Assembly (NCBI GenBank): GCA_003344405.1
Contig: NOWV01000210.1
Coordinates: 1 to 64,000 of the forward strand
Origin: Trichoplax sp. H2
Taxonomy: Eukaryota
DNA length: 64,000 nucleotides
Direction: 5' to 3'
The translations under genes and the position numbers were made by a program. Positions 1-14,738 of the stretch are shown in pieces. How positions within the stretch are numbered: the first letter of the stretch is position 1; every line of letters starts with the position of its first letter. Below the pieces are notes generated by a model, which worked only from the letters and a program-made list of their open reading frames with translations, did no database searches and had not been told where the DNA came from.

Positions 1-3000
1 TTTTGTAATCTTCTCTATCTTGCAAATGGGTCGCAATGCAAAGAAAATATTACAATCCTGTGTTTGATACCTCATTTTTCTACTTCTTCATCAAGTCGAT
101 CACTTCTTGGCGCGGTCACGATGGCAATAGATGACATTAATCAAAACCATGCTATTTTACCGAATCACCAATTGCAAGTTGAATTTCTTGATAGTCTGGT
201 AAAATATTATATTTTTAATGTCACAGTCCAGTATAATAAGTACAAAACTTAATCTATAACTTTGCTTATCTTCAGTTCGAAAATTGTTAAAATTGTAACA
301 ATCTATAACTGTCAAGCTCTTTTAAACATCGTAAATCTCTAGAATCAGACTCATTTAGCACATTAATTTATATTGATTTTTACAACTAGTGTTATAAGCA
401 TTATTAAATCTATTTTCGAGTTTTAGCATATGGTGTATATTTGAAACATTGTATTGATAATTTTCTTCATTTTCCGACTAAAGCATAACCACAGGTACTT
501 TTCTAATTCAGATGAACGGTCCAATAGCAGCAAAAGAAATTATTGAATCTATTTCACGTCCTCCAACTAAGGTTGCCGTTATTGGTCCATTATTATCTAC
601 GGCTACCGAATATGCTGCATCCATGACCAAATTTTGGAATTTAGTTCAGGTTAATCGAGATCACATGTATTCGATATATCATTTTAGTGGCAATATCATA
701 ATGTTTTATTATAAACAAAAACTGATATTAGTAGTTTAAAATTATGTAAATTTTACCATTTTCTATGGAATCATATTCTTATGCATAAATTTTGCTTATG
801 CTATCTGTATTCTTTGTATCGTATGCACAGCTAGGATATGCAGCTACGACTATTGCTTTGGATGACAAAACTACCTATCCATACTATTTTAGAACTGCTG
901 TCACAGAAAAAAGTTATACAGCTGCCAGACTAGCGTTTTTTAAGCACTTTAATTGGAAGACCGTAGGAATTATTCATAGTTCTTCAGGTGCTCACCCGAA
1001 GGTATGAAAATTAACATCAAAGTTGAATGTTACGTCACGTTAAACAGCCCAAATGAAATTATAAGTCGAATGCTCTGTCCTATTAATTCTTAATATACTT
1101 GTAATTATAGAATTTTAATTATCGTTACAATGCTTAGGATAGCACGTTTTAAAATCCTCAGAAATCGACAATTAGGATATTTCATATGGATCCTTATCAT
1201 TTTTGAGCAATTTTTATAACACATTGTACTATATTGATCAATATAAATACGATTGCTACTTAATGCTTTAGATAATTGTCTGGTTTTATTTATGATATTT
1301 GTTACAAGTTCTTAAATACTGTATCATATGCAGAGTAGGCTTCAATTGTCTAGTCCTTAGGTATGAGCTTCACTAATATGCAGAAGAAATTATTGCTGTA
1401 AATACTTCTTACAGCATCATAAATCATTAATTAATAACATCTCAGTAAAACTATCCATTTAATTATTATTACAATAGCCCCTGACTCTGAAAAACTCGTT
1501 TATAAGTATTTTACCCGATTTTGTGGCACTACAGATTTTCATTTCACTTTTCAGTTCTCAAAATTGCATTTCAGGAATGAGAAGCGAAACACCGCATACT
1601 AAAAACGCTTTATAAATAGCTTAAAATGTGTCTCTTCTTTGTAAATAAATACTGAAATTAGTTTTAATTGAAAAATTTATAGTTTAACTAAATATTAATA
1701 ACAAACATCTTAATATAGTTAGCCCTATTGGTTCAACAGCAAATGATAAACGCAAATATTAATGTCGCGGTTTTAGAAAGCATTGATAACGATCCGACAT
1801 TCGCAATGAAGAATTTATTGGTAAAAATGAATTCAATATTTATTAAAACATAGCATTGACCGTACGCAATCGATAGTAATGATTTTATAGAGATATTTAA
1901 TAACTTATTTTCTATTTAAAATTTATCTTAACTAGAGTAAAGACGTCCGAATTATCATGTTCTTCGGAGGAAGTAACCTAGCCTTAAAAGTAATGTGCTC
2001 GGTTAGTTCATATTATAACTAAAATGCATGAAAATATCATGTACCATACGCGTTTAAACAAGACTTTATTGAAATGGCCTATATTTTTTATTGTATTATT
2101 TATTCATAAAATACTATAACTTTACTCAGATCTGACTTAGTAGATCAGTGTCATTTTCTTTCATTAATAAATGAATTAGCTTAATTTCTTAGAAAAAATG
2201 GTAATTTATTTAAAATTTCATTAGCAATACAATAAATATTCAAACGCTTTCGATTTATGTAGATCTATAGTGTTAATTTACGAAATTTTAAACCATTAGC
2301 CACATGATTTAAGTGTTATTGCTAATGGATGTCAGTAAAAGCGATCGATCAAAAAACAATAAACAAATTGCAATCTATCTCAGTACCAAATATTGAAATT
2401 ATTCTACTCCGTTAGTAACAGTAATTTATTATGCGTGTTCGTAGATAGATTATAGACCAATTTAGTTAAGAAATATAACTTATCGAAAAATAATCTGTGC
2501 AGTGAACATGGTTTCACTATATCTTTAATGCCGTAGGCATATCATTTGCATATCTACGGGCCAAAGTACTCATGGTGGTTTCAAGGATGGCTGCATTCTA
2601 CCTGGTGGGACGTAGAAAGTCCAAATAACAATTGCACGAAGGAACAGCTTTTTGAGGCCATTAACAATAATACATTTTATACCAAAACCCCATTATATTC
2701 AACTTCTGGTAGGATTTCCATATCTGGCAAGGTAACCATTATAACTTATACTATACTTCTTATTATTTGATAGTACTTTATTTTTGCTGTCGTTGTTACT
2801 GTATCTTATTCCATAAAGAAACGGTTACGCGTTGGCTTGCAAGCAATTAAAATTATGAAATATTTGAGGATTTATAAACTTTATTGTCATAATTGTCAGA
2901 ACAAAATATCACTTTAGCAGTAAATTTAATATTATTATCACAGTATTAATTGTGGTAGCTTTTGTGGTAACTATTCTACCGATAGTATGTTGATACTTAG

Positions 3001-6000
3001 AATATTCTTTTCATAGGCCGGAACTCAGTACTATCAGCGACTAGAAAATAATTTAAATCAATCAAATACCTCCTTTTCAATTTCTGATTCAATTGGGACA
3101 ATATACGATGCTGTGTGGTCTCTAGCGTTAGGATTAAATCGTACAGAACAACGACTAAATATGAATAAAACGTCCATTACTGAATTTGACTATCAAAACA
3201 CTTTCATACGCTCCGTATTAGTGGAAAAATTATCTAAACTATCATTTTATGGAGTGACGGTCCGTCTCTGACTTTGCATATCAGATTTATAATCAGTTTC
3301 ATCAGTTAAGATGCTGTTTCTTATCTTATATACTGTAGTTGTATTGTTTTACTAATACTGTATACCGGCCAATCGTCATTCTATAGGGATACATCTCCTT
3401 TCTAAACGGGAGTAGTCGACTAGGTGATGTGACTATTTCGCAGCAACAAGGTACTGTATCAATGAGATGGGCTTTTTCAATTTCTTTCCTATAATGTTAA
3501 CTTCTTCATATTTCGCAGTTTGGGATTCTCGCACTGCTGTCGCATTTTATAATATTCAAAAGAATACTTTGGAAATCAATAACGCTTCCCTGAAATGGCC
3601 AGGTTAGAAATAGTAGATAGCATGACTTCAAATACTGGGCATATTTTGCAAAGCATTAGATTATGGTATTATCGTATCACGGTATAAACGTCCTTGAAGA
3701 GTAAATGACTAAATTTAATTAACATTTATATATCGAGATGTCACAATTTCACTTCTGCGACAAGGTAACGTACAGTAAAAGTCTATAAGTAGCTATTAAC
3801 TTAAACGCCCTTTTACTTAACGTTAAATACACACAGCAAAAGACTGTAAAGATGAAACTTTTATTAGCAAAGATACAGCTACAACTTTTTACCACAACTG
3901 AACTCAAATGTTCCCATTTATATAGGAACCGTCTAATTTGCAAACAATAACAGTATTATTGTTATATCTTACTAGGAGAAACATCTCGAACCGAGATGTT
4001 CCTTACGTAGCTTTACTATCAGTAAATATTTTGAATCTCTTACTCATACTTAGTCTTAATCTAAGCTCGTAGGTTGTCTAATTCAACTATCATTAACTAG
4101 AACTTGAATCATATTACTGCTATCTGTCACACAATACCAATCAATATCAAGTATGTAATGAACTATCACAAAAAACATCCACGTTAAGGCATTACTTATC
4201 TTACACTACAAATATGGATATTCTCCATACTAGCTACTACTGTACTTCGTAAACTATCCTAATGATAAGGCAACACCGTAACAGGAGATAAGTATAATAA
4301 CTTACAGTAAGAACTACGGTAATTGTTATTTTACTCCAGTAATTAATGTTGTACAGTATTAAGAGTTCTATACGGTATCTAATGTTAATTGATTATAGTG
4401 TTATGTCTTGCAACGCTTGTAATGAATATCCTGAAGATATTTAACTATAGATGATACTATAAGTAATTCTGTGTATGGACATACTATAATCTAATTATAT
4501 AGAACCGTTCAGTACATGTCTAAGATTATAAATAATTTCTGTATTAATTTAGCTATCCAATACGAACTAAATTTCATGAACCCTTATGACTCATACACGA
4601 TAGCAGCTGCCGAAGGGTATTTAAATTCGGCAGATAGTTGAATAAAAGAAGAGTTCTATAGTTATTTAACGTAGAAGCAAAGGCGTCTAAATTCTTGTGA
4701 GATAGTTAAGGGATACTAAATCCCGGAGACTATAGTTATTTAGAAATTTGTTTTACGCTATCTTTGTTACGAAGCTGGTTTGTGACATATCGTCAATTAA
4801 TAAGTAGAATATGTACGTGACTGGTTAACATATATGTTTTCTATGTGTTTTATATGCGTAAATACAGAAGGTACGCCTCCAAAAGATCGGTTAATTATCA
4901 CCGTGATTATTAGAGCTATCGCCCCAGAATTGTTTATACCATTCGCCATCGTAAGCTGCCTGGGAATATTGTTTTCATTAGCAATTATGATTTATGTGGC
5001 AATGAAAAGGCATAACAGGTTTTCGATATTAGTAAATTTATACCCGTAAATTATACTGTACATTGCATATTTTAATTAGTGGAACAAATGCTAGATAGTA
5101 AATATCGGCGTGATCTTTAATTTTAGACAGATCAAAATGTCCAGCCCTAAATTGAATTATTGTATCCTATTTGGTTGCATTCTGTGCTACATTTCCGTAA
5201 TATTAAATGGTATGGATGCAGCGCTAGTTGGCTACGAAAACAGAAAATATGCTTGTATAGCAGAGATATGGTTCTTAAGTCTTGGCTTCACCGTAGCTTT
5301 TGGCTCTGTGATGCTAAAAACATGGAGAATATTTAAAATATTTACGAATGTAGCAAAAGTGAAGCTGGTAAGTCCTCATAACAAAACTAAGAGAATATTA
5401 AAAATCACCTCAAATAGCGCGTTTTCCTTACAAGAATTAATATTTACGGCAAATGAAATTAAGCTATTAAGCTATCACTATAAAATTTTCATTTCTTTCA
5501 CATAAACGATTTTACTTAATGTTCTAATTCAGATAATCAAGGACATACACCTAATATTTCGTCTAGTCCAACTGTTGGCCATTGATATTATCGTTTTGAT
5601 ATTGTGGACGATAATTGATCCAATGACAACCACTGATGTTGGTATTGGACAGGAAAGGGTATGAATATATATAGCTTATCTATTAAATTTTACAAAACTA
5701 TGAAGTTAATTGATAAAATTACCGAAAATGCTCGACCAATAAACTGATATTGATACATTTCTATCAGCAGCATGATGGTCAAAACATTATTCGTTATCGT
5801 TTTCAAGCCTGCTCATCGGAACAATCAATTGTTTGGTTAATTACAATCTTTGCGTTTAAGTTATCTATGTTATTATATGGAGTCAGTTTGGCATGGAGAA
5901 CACGAAAAGTTTCCATTCCGTCGTTGAACGATTCTCGTTCTTTAGGACTGACGATTTACAACATATTCGTTTTAAGTTCGACTGGAGTCACCGTAGGAAT

Positions 6001-8436
6001 GTTATCTAACAATGTGCTCAATGCTGGGTTTGCTTTGAAAGCAGCATTTGTAATTCTATGCACTACATCATCTATTTGCTTAATTTTTATTCCTAAGGTA
6101 TATGGATAACTATATAAGTTCATTGCTAACATTAAATTATTCTACAAAAATATTTAAATTTATCATTAATCAAATCAATAACTTATCTGTTCATTAAAGA
6201 AGTAACGTATTTACTAATATAATGTACGATACCCGTAAACTTTATAGTACATAGAACATTGTTGCATTGCATGCTTATTACTGATAGATCTTTTGTCTTT
6301 TCGAAATCGCTATAGCTGTGGAAAGTTATATCAAATTCATTGGCAGTAGGCTTTGCAAAATCAGATCATAAAATGACTAATGGTTTTCAATCCGTTCTAA
6401 CAAATACTGATCTTCAACTGGAGATTAGAAAATTACGTCTGATCATTGCTGAGGTAGGATAAGAATAGTTTCATTAAACACTTATTTGCTTTACCGTATT
6501 TCCGTTTTGTAAGCTCTTTACTTGCTTTTATAGTGACTAATATAAAATATAGAATACGAATCTATTATCCATATCTTATCTATGACGAGTTCATTCTCTT
6601 ATATATTAGCTGGGTATATTTAATTTTTGTTCATAAGTCGACAATTTCTTCTGAAATATTAAGCCTGTAACTCATCATTATTCGGAAATGTACAAATGTT
6701 CTCTTCACTTTAAGCTAAAGTATAGAGCTTTGAGCGTTATGAAGTTAAGAAAATAATGATTTGCTACGTTACGTGTGTATGAGCGTAATAAAGTATCTCA
6801 CAAATAATCGTCTTAGTCAACATAGAATTTAAGAAAATACGACTTTCATTACTGGTTTAAGGATAGTAGAACAGTAGAACAATAATCCATTAGAATAAGA
6901 ATTTCACCTAATGTATCCTAAGTTCAGGTGAAGTAAAATCTTCCATGAGCTCATCTCCTAAGTTCTTAAATACGATTTGCTTAATCTGCTTACGGTAGAA
7001 AAGTTGCCGCAAATAAGCATTGAGCCCTCAAGCAAAGATTTTTCCATAAACTTTTCATTACTATGTTTTCAGTACGAGTTAATCGGCTTAAAATATTATT
7101 ACTCTTCTATTAATTTCGCATACCATAAAATGCTGACCATCTTCAATGTTATAGTATCTCTAGTCACATTATGGAGGGCATCACTACAATGAGCTCGAAC
7201 TATGCCAATATTATCATTACTAAGAGAGCACACCTATCACAAAACAGCTTTTGCAACAAGGTAACGTAATGTACGATCAATAAGTCAATTCCTTGAACCA
7301 CGTATCAAGGAACGATATCTGCGCTATCGCAAACACTTTTGCTCTACTAGCAGACTACACAAAGACTCATACGCTTCATATTTTACGTTAAACACTAAGT
7401 TTAAGAATCCACTTTATTACACGATATACTGCATTTATATACTCTTCCTCAATAGTCCATGAGTCATAGTTAGTACGATTAACTTTGGAATCATTTACTG
7501 AATTAGATATTAATTTTAGCTACTGCTCCCTTAATGCAGACAACAGTATTTACCAACATAGACATCTAATGATTAATACAGAATAGTCAGATCACGATAT
7601 GTCTTATCACGGAACATTTCCACGATAATTTACAATCTACCATAAGTAGTTACAATCATAATGATTCGATCTGTAAGTAGCTGATTTGCATTCCTTATTA
7701 TAACTATTAATTTCAGTATGTGTATATATGTCACTGTGATAAAAAGTCAGTGCTATATTAAAGCACAGTATATCCAAATTAGAAGTTAACTAAATAAGGA
7801 TAGGCTAACAGAATTATCCTAAGATAGATATTTCTACTCTAATACAGTATATAACACTGTCACAACTACTTACTCTATAATTATGTAAAAAAGCAAATTA
7901 AAGTAAGTTAATATCAATGAAAGCAAGGCAATAGTACTCTTATGTTTATCTAGCAATTTCTTTAACACTCATTATAGATTCGAGATAGATTATTTTACCT
8001 TGTTGACTGCATATTCCAATCTAGACTATGATACAGAAATAGAGCCTAATTTATTTACTATTTACTTTCAAAAAGTTACTACACTCTAACAATGCTACGA
8101 GAACAGAAAAACTCAATAACCCTTTATAGAGTCAGCATGTGCCTATTTTCTTTCACATGGGTTACCAATCTGTGATAATTAGCAATTAAACTGTTTAAAT
8201 AACCTCTTCAGCGTAAAAACGACAATTTTTCGAAAGTATTTTCCATATCAAACTGGATTTACTTTACAAAGATGCTTAATACTATGCTTGTTCTCATGTT
8301 GAATGCTATATCTGGATATCAACAATATTGAATCACAATTGATAAAGTGTCTTCGCTCTTTTTTTAGCAAGATGATATACTTCAGAAGTATCGCAAGCAA
8401 GAAAGTCTGCAAAGCATCTACAATGAAAGCATTTGA
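1..8436 (+). CDS. GABA-B-receptor-like class C GPCR, paralog 1 (5' end truncated by window edge). Exons: <1-198, 512-649, 831-1001, 1719-1820, 1936-2001, 2537-2731, 3017-3259, 3387-3450, 3519-3602, 4868-5018, 5127-5367, 5533-5658, 5768-6097, 6316-6453, 8368-8436
   Basis: All introns are GT-AG and phase-compatible; the spliced ORF has no internal stop (>771 aa). VFT motifs: AIDDINQN..ILP, IGP..S, WNLVQLGY, YPYYFRT, YDAVWSLALGLN, FYGVTG. 7TM motifs: IKMSSPKLN, LGFTVAFG..MLKTWRI, WTIIDP, AWRTRKVSIPSLNDS, IFIPK. No cysteine-rich domain between VFT and 7TM. The last exon was chosen for its strong polypyrimidine acceptor and similarity to the paralogs' terminal exons. Confidence 0.9.
3675..4787 (+). 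mobile_element. Solo-LTR-like element (~560 bp once the nested insert is removed) in intron 9 of paralog 1
   Basis: Starts TATCACGG (decayed TGTCACGG), ends TTTGTGACA. Perfect 5-bp direct repeat TATCG on both flanks (3670-3674, 4788-4792). TATTTAAA at 4618, AATAAA at 4641. The 3' end resembles the reverse complement of the family A left end. Confidence 0.75.
3739..4283 (-). mobile_element. Solo-LTR-like element (diverged family A relative) nested inside 3675-4787
   Basis: Ends TGTCACA...AACACCGTAACA resemble family A ends (TGTCACA...CAAGGTAACGTA and AACACTGTAACA). Flanks CGAGA/GGAGA (4/5 match). Minus-strand TATATAAA near 3920 and AATAAA near 3860. Confidence 0.75.
7235..7864 (-). mobile_element. 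Solo LTR family A, copy 1 (last intron of paralog 1)
   Basis: Aligns end to end with 16181-16810, 42082-42702 and 53696-54331. Ends TATCACA...TGTCACA. Flanks ACACC/ACTAC do not form a clean TSD. Confidence 0.85.
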
Positions 8437-10959
8437 AGTTGCATTGCAAACCTATCTTTTAAAGAGTCTAACTTTCGTATGAAATCACGAATCGCCGATC
8501 TGTAGAAATACCAGCGCCTTGTAAAATAATCGTATGCATAATTAATATTACCCTCTAAGTTATCCGCAAAGGTAGTTGAAAGTCTCCAGAAATTACGAGA
8601 AAAAATGAATTCAAAAATAAATTAACTGATAATCAATCTAATTTATGGCTTATAGCAGATCATGCAAAAATCTTTTGATTACGCTATCATTAATATATTG
8701 ATGATCATAGATGTCTTATAAATTAAGATCAAAATAATTCACAATAACATCTTGTAATTACTGTAGATATGGTATCCATACTATACATAGCCATTAATAA
8801 CTTGCTGATATCAACGTTATAAAATAAGTGCGGAGCTAAAATTTAAATAATAGATTAAAAATTTAATTCTTACTGTTAGCTGCAAATAAATCAATTACGA
8901 TATGAAATATATTGTGTGTAATGTTATTTATCATAGATAAAGTATTATGTGTAGAGTGCATTGTATTAATTCGTTATTTATAATTTTTACTACAAGCTCT
9001 TCGGAGATGATAGAAATTTGTATTATTATTTACATTATTTGCCATTCAAGAGCATGATTCCTATGATTCTTTGAATTATAATGTAATCTGAGAGTCGCTG
9101 TTTTATTTTTACGTGCTGGAAGGGTGTAGAATCTTATTCATTTCTTAGCATATGATTTTTCCCGTTTCTTTGATAATATAATATTTAAAAATCAATTCTA
9201 CACAGCGCTTTGTCAAGCGTTTCTGTTTGCATACTCTAAACAATTAGTTTAATGTAATGGAAATCGAAGACTTCAATACCCGTTAACAGGAAAACATCTT
9301 TCATCTATTTAAAAGGGACTTTCAATAGTAGCCACTATACGTAAATTATTCATCTACTAGCCTTGGTTGGCTCCTGATTTGACTTGCTTTATTTTGATGT
9401 TATTTCATTAAAAATTGATAATTAATCTCAAAATAAAGCCATAGTTGTAATCGAAGAAAACTAGATATTCATATATAGATACTCTAATAATCATATGTAT
9501 CGATTAGAACTATAAATGCATATCTGGTAATCACAATGTATACCCAGCCATACCAGGATTAAAAGCCTTCAAAAGTGTTTTGCTCTATATGCGCTACGTG
9601 GCCTTACAATCCTTTTATTTAATTCTAAGTTTAGTCTGATTTGGTTCTGAAAGCAATTATAAAAAATCAGTGGATTAATCAGTACCATTAATTCATTCAG
9701 AACGATTAATATTTACAAGCAATATTAAATTTCCACCGAAATTAGCTGCAAAGATACTGTCTCAAAGCTATTCGTAGTAAATTATCTCGAAAATGGAAGA
9801 CTTAGATTTTACTAGTAAACCTTGCTCGGTTACATGATTTAGTTCTTTTGTCAACTAATGCTGATGTGCAATCTTACCAGCTACCCTACATAAATGATCT
9901 ATTTTAGAGCTTTACCACCTTTTTGAAATGTTAGTTTTTAGAAGCTATCGGCTATTTCAGTGCATATTACGAAAGTAACGAATAGAGTTTGAAATAAACT
10001 TGCAAGACTAAAGTTACTTGCTATTCGATAACTATTCATCTCCTACTAAATCTATTTTGGAGATGCAGTTTTACTAAACGATGTACAGCGTAAATTTTAT
10101 CGTATTACATTAAAATATTATAATTTACTACGGTAGCAGATATCAAATGAATGTAAAAATAGAAATAGAATTCTAGTATCGACATAACTATTGTTAGCTT
10201 TCATAATTTCTGAAAGATAAATATATAATCACAATCATTAGCTTACACAACTGATTTTTTTAGTAAATTTTTAGAAATTAGCTCTGATGTTAAAGTAAAT
10301 GATGCATGGCAAAAATAATGTCATGCAATATGATTTAGAATCCTATTCAATCATTTTAATTTAAAACAGCTACAATATTAAGTCCAATATTTGAACCCAC
10401 GATGCTTAACAAAATCAATGATTTGATATGAACTGATATAAAAAATTTATTTAATCTTGGTGAAAATTTATTATAATGAAACAGGCTAAATAGAAAGCTA
10501 TAAAAAGTTATAAGTCTCAATGTAAGCAACAGTTATTGATAGATTAATATGATCTTTTAATACTAAACAATAGGAAATCTCTTTCACAATCTCAGTTCTT
10601 TTGATTGCTTAACTTTTGCTTGTAGATAACTGAGGCTCGGATGATACCTATCAAATATCTTAACTTATCTGCACAATACAGAAATCATGCTATCGATTAT
10701 TAGATTTATTTTAAATTAATCAATTTTACGTAGGTTCATCGTAAGCCCAACTTTATTCAAAAAGCTTTTAGCATTACAATTATCTTCGTATTTAAGATCA
10801 TCGCCATCATATCTGTCAAAGTACAATTTAAAATGATTTTTTATTGTCGTTATGGACAAATTTATACATTTAGTTAGAGACACAAAGTTAAGTAAAATAC
10901 TAAAATAGCGCGATGTTGGATATTAATGATATCTTATATTTACTTAAGAGTTTATTTTC

Positions 10960-11526
10960 TCCGGTTAATATGTAAAGTAATTCCATTCAAAGCCAGTAAA
11001 AATAAAAGGAAGAAAATTGCCCGTGATTTTTACGGAGTAACTTTTGCGAAGATGCCATAACATAAATTCTATTAGATAATCTATCTGGGAACGTATTTAG
11101 AGTTACTCATCCATTACATTATCATATTTTAAATAGATATCTGTATAGTTTTATATTATTTATATAGTTATTATTAGCTCACCTTCAGTAAACTTATAAC
11201 AAACTTTTGCCCTGTTCCAGCATGGTAAAGTATTCTCAAGATACTAAAACATTAGCCATGGTACAATTTCTTGTTATGATCCTGCTTATATATGATTAGT
11301 ATCAGTGTTATTTTAGATATGATGGTAGTCGGTAGCCTCGTCCGTCTGCCAATCATCGTGCTCTAAACTTGGAAAAGTAAAGGGTTATCATCAGTTGCAA
11401 GGAGTACGGTATAGAAACTGAGAATAAAAAAAATTATCCAGATTTAGTTTATTGATATCTATTCTATCTACTGGGAGAAACTGCGCACCTTCACTGGTTC
11501 CCAAGTTTACCAAACCATGATACTTC
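10960..11526 (-). pseudogene. Possible decayed spliced gene fragment, weakly ubiquitin-specific-protease-like
   Basis: AG/GT-bounded minus-strand segments 11526-11489 (KYHGLVNLGTSE, resembling the USP Cys-box GLxNLG without the catalytic Cys) and 11243-11183 (YLENTLPCWNRAKVCYKFTE). Neighbouring pieces have stops or frame breaks. Confidence 0.2.
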
Positions 11527-14500
11527 CTGTATAGTTCACTTTTCAGTATAAAACTGGTTCATCTAACAATATAAATGACTAGCTGCCTTCAATCAAGCTA
11601 TTTATGATAGATAAGTGACTATAATTATTAACAGTATTATTTTTAGCAAAAGAATTATATCCTTTCAAACAAGAAGCGAGATCGAAATTAAATTTGCTAT
11701 TTCACAATCTATCATTAAGAAATGAATGTCACATGTTATATTTTTATTGCTGTTATTGTCCTTAGAGTTTAAATGAGTCACGAAATATAAATGTCACCTA
11801 TGCTTCCTTAGAGAGTTAATACATGAACTAATTGTCATGGTTTCCAAGGATAAATAAAAGCATAATAACGTATATCATTCGCTATGAGCCTCGTATTAAA
11901 CCTACTATTGTGATATTAAGACTATGATAAATTTCACTGTCTACTTGAAATTGGATGGTATTTATCTTCCATTTTATCATCAATTGTAGATGATAACAAT
12001 TAGAGCTGCCCTACATATTGGATTCTTCGGTGAATGTGATTTCTTTATTTTCCTGTACAATCTTCTCTCTTGATTTATAATCTACGCATATTTCAGAGTG
12101 GCGGCTAAATTGAAATCCCTTTAACCCATTAAGGGAAATTTTATTTAAGAGTAAATATTTGATAGAATAAGCTCTTCAGGTGCTACTTTCTATAACATTG
12201 CGAATATCAACTTTATGTAGAAATCTCATCTGGGCAACATTGACGATCTAATTATCATATTTAATTGAAAATTAGCAATTTGACAGCGAAGAAACAAAAA
12301 ACGCCTATTGTCTTAGATTTGCATAAATGATTTAGGTAAGTTTGTAAATATAGCATGAGTATGCGATTTCAATTCTCAAGTAATTAATAATCAAAATTTG
12401 TATATTTGAATAACTTAACGATTACGAGTATGTATATGAGTTTGTTATCCCTTCTGCTTTACCCTCATTTGGATAATTTTTCTCTGAATAGCGATAGCTT
12501 TTCGATAGCTATTACATGTGCATAACGGAGATATATCTACAAACGTCTCGAGATATGACAGAAACTTGAATGCTCTAAGATTGCATTCTAATTTAGCAAA
12601 CTCTATTGAAATTCTCATTCAATTTTTTTCAATATGGTCTAGGTTGAAGTTTAATAATTAATTTATAAGGAATTATGACAAGCTGATCAAAGGTCTCAAG
12701 GATATAGATGATTGGTATCAGTAATCTTAATCGATTACACCTAGACCAAGCTTAGACAAATATTGCCTCTTGTCGGCCTATCATATTCCTGCATCGTAAT
12801 CAATTTGTAAATGAAATCATAGATCAAAATTAGCACTGGAGCCAATGACAAGAACAGGTCATTTAATTACAATATAATAGGTATTTTTAATAGAAAATTA
12901 ATAATAGTAATAATCTGGAATGATTTCAGTCTACTGTTCCTAATCATCAAGTAGAGCTATTTTATTAGAAAATAAATGGATTAACCAAAAAAAAGAGCGT
13001 ATTAATAATTTATCCCTTCGTGAATTATAAATTTTAGTACTATAGTAATGATACTGATATATATTTATGCTATGATACCCATTCTTGCATTCATTTAGGA
13101 ATTAATTGTGTTATTGGGACTTGATTACGGTTGCTACCAAACTAAGAAAGCGAATACAAAAGGTAATACTTTCAAGCCTCCATCCTTATAAAAATATTAC
13201 AATTGCTACGTTTCAATAGATATCGGATCTTTCGTCATTTCATGGTGCTTTGGAACTGTTACATCAATTGAGATGACGTTATAAGACACTAATGAGAAAT
13301 TTGTATCAAGCGAAGCGTATAGTAGCACAGAGAATGTATTTTAATTGTCCCTTGAACTTAGCTTATTTTCCGAAAAGGAAGGTATCTGCTAATTTATTTA
13401 TTTTCCTAAAAATGCTGCTGGAATAAAGCGTTATCATGTATATTATTTATTACATAATCTTAACTATTTTTCTTTTTAGCGAGCCAATTTAATGAATTTT
13501 ATGCAATTATATTCACTTTATCTTTATGCTACAGCTATGACTGACGGTAACTATGAGTATACTGAAAGAAAAAAGTAAAACTGTTTATTGATAGAAACTA
13601 AGGCAAAGAAAAATTGTTTTCAAGCTATTTTTATTTTAAATTTGTACTATATGATGAATATAATGTCGGGAAAATATCGCATCTGAGAATGACAGGATAG
13701 ACTGTAAGAAATACGTAACTCAGACTATAAATAAGGATATCGATACCTGCCATCAACTTACCCTTTTGCAATTCGAATCCAATATCAATATTGCGCTATT
13801 ACATACCATTTTTAAATTAAATAGGACTGATCTTTATACGCTGTCCAATCAAGCTTTCAAGTAATAGCAAGTTAGAAAGATAATTGATAGAATATGCAAA
13901 TTTACTGTTTTTTTAAACTTAAATAAGATCTAATCATAACTCCAAAGTTGTTTGTATCTTACGCTTTTCCAAAAGAGGATAATATGTTATAAATAGTTTA
14001 AAAAGTGGACTTAGAATATACAAATAGCCTATACTTGCGGTTTTCTTGTTATTATTAGCTTTTAACATTTTCTGTACCATTCCAGTGTATTTTATAGAGA
14101 TCACGATAAAATGAATTCAGACCGATTTTTTAAATAATTATAATTATAATGTATATTTATAACAGCGAATACTCGATTTTGGTTAGGGCATAGTTTTCAA
14201 CAGCTGTTCCTATTTCTTTCCAAATATCAGACAGTACAATTTAGCTCGGAACTATTCGAACGTGTAAATTAAATCTAAAGTTTAATATTCAGTAAAATGA
14301 ATGAATAAGAAATTGTTTTAATTAAAAAATTTCCATTATTGTTATCTGGTAAATGTTTATATTCGATTCTATTTAATAAATATCTTACTTAAGTCATTAT
14401 ATTCTTGAATTAAAGCGTTACATAAGTATAGCCTAGCTGTAATTTATTCTTATTCTTTTGTTACAAATAAAAAAAAGAAGAGAAATAATAATGAACTATA

Positions 14501-14738
14501 CCGGTGCTACTGTTATTTAATTTCAATATGCATAATTACAATATAAATTGTAAAATTTAAAATGTTAGGCATTCTTTGTAATTGAATTATTACGTAAATA
14601 ACTCGATATTTGCAAGTAGTTAGTACATCTATTTAGTTAAACGGTGTAAACTTTCTCCCTATTACAGGTTCGTCCGTTATTGCTTTCATCTAGGATGAGA
14701 ATCTTTTCTTAATTTGATAAAAAACTTTTAGCCAACTA

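Noticed and set aside
6715..6756. Alternative terminal exon for paralog 1 (LKYRALSVMKLRK*)
   Set aside because: It is in frame but has a weaker AAG acceptor. 8368-8436 has a strong polypyrimidine tract, continues the coiled coil and matches the paralogs in length and terminal Ile. It is not excluded as a minor isoform.
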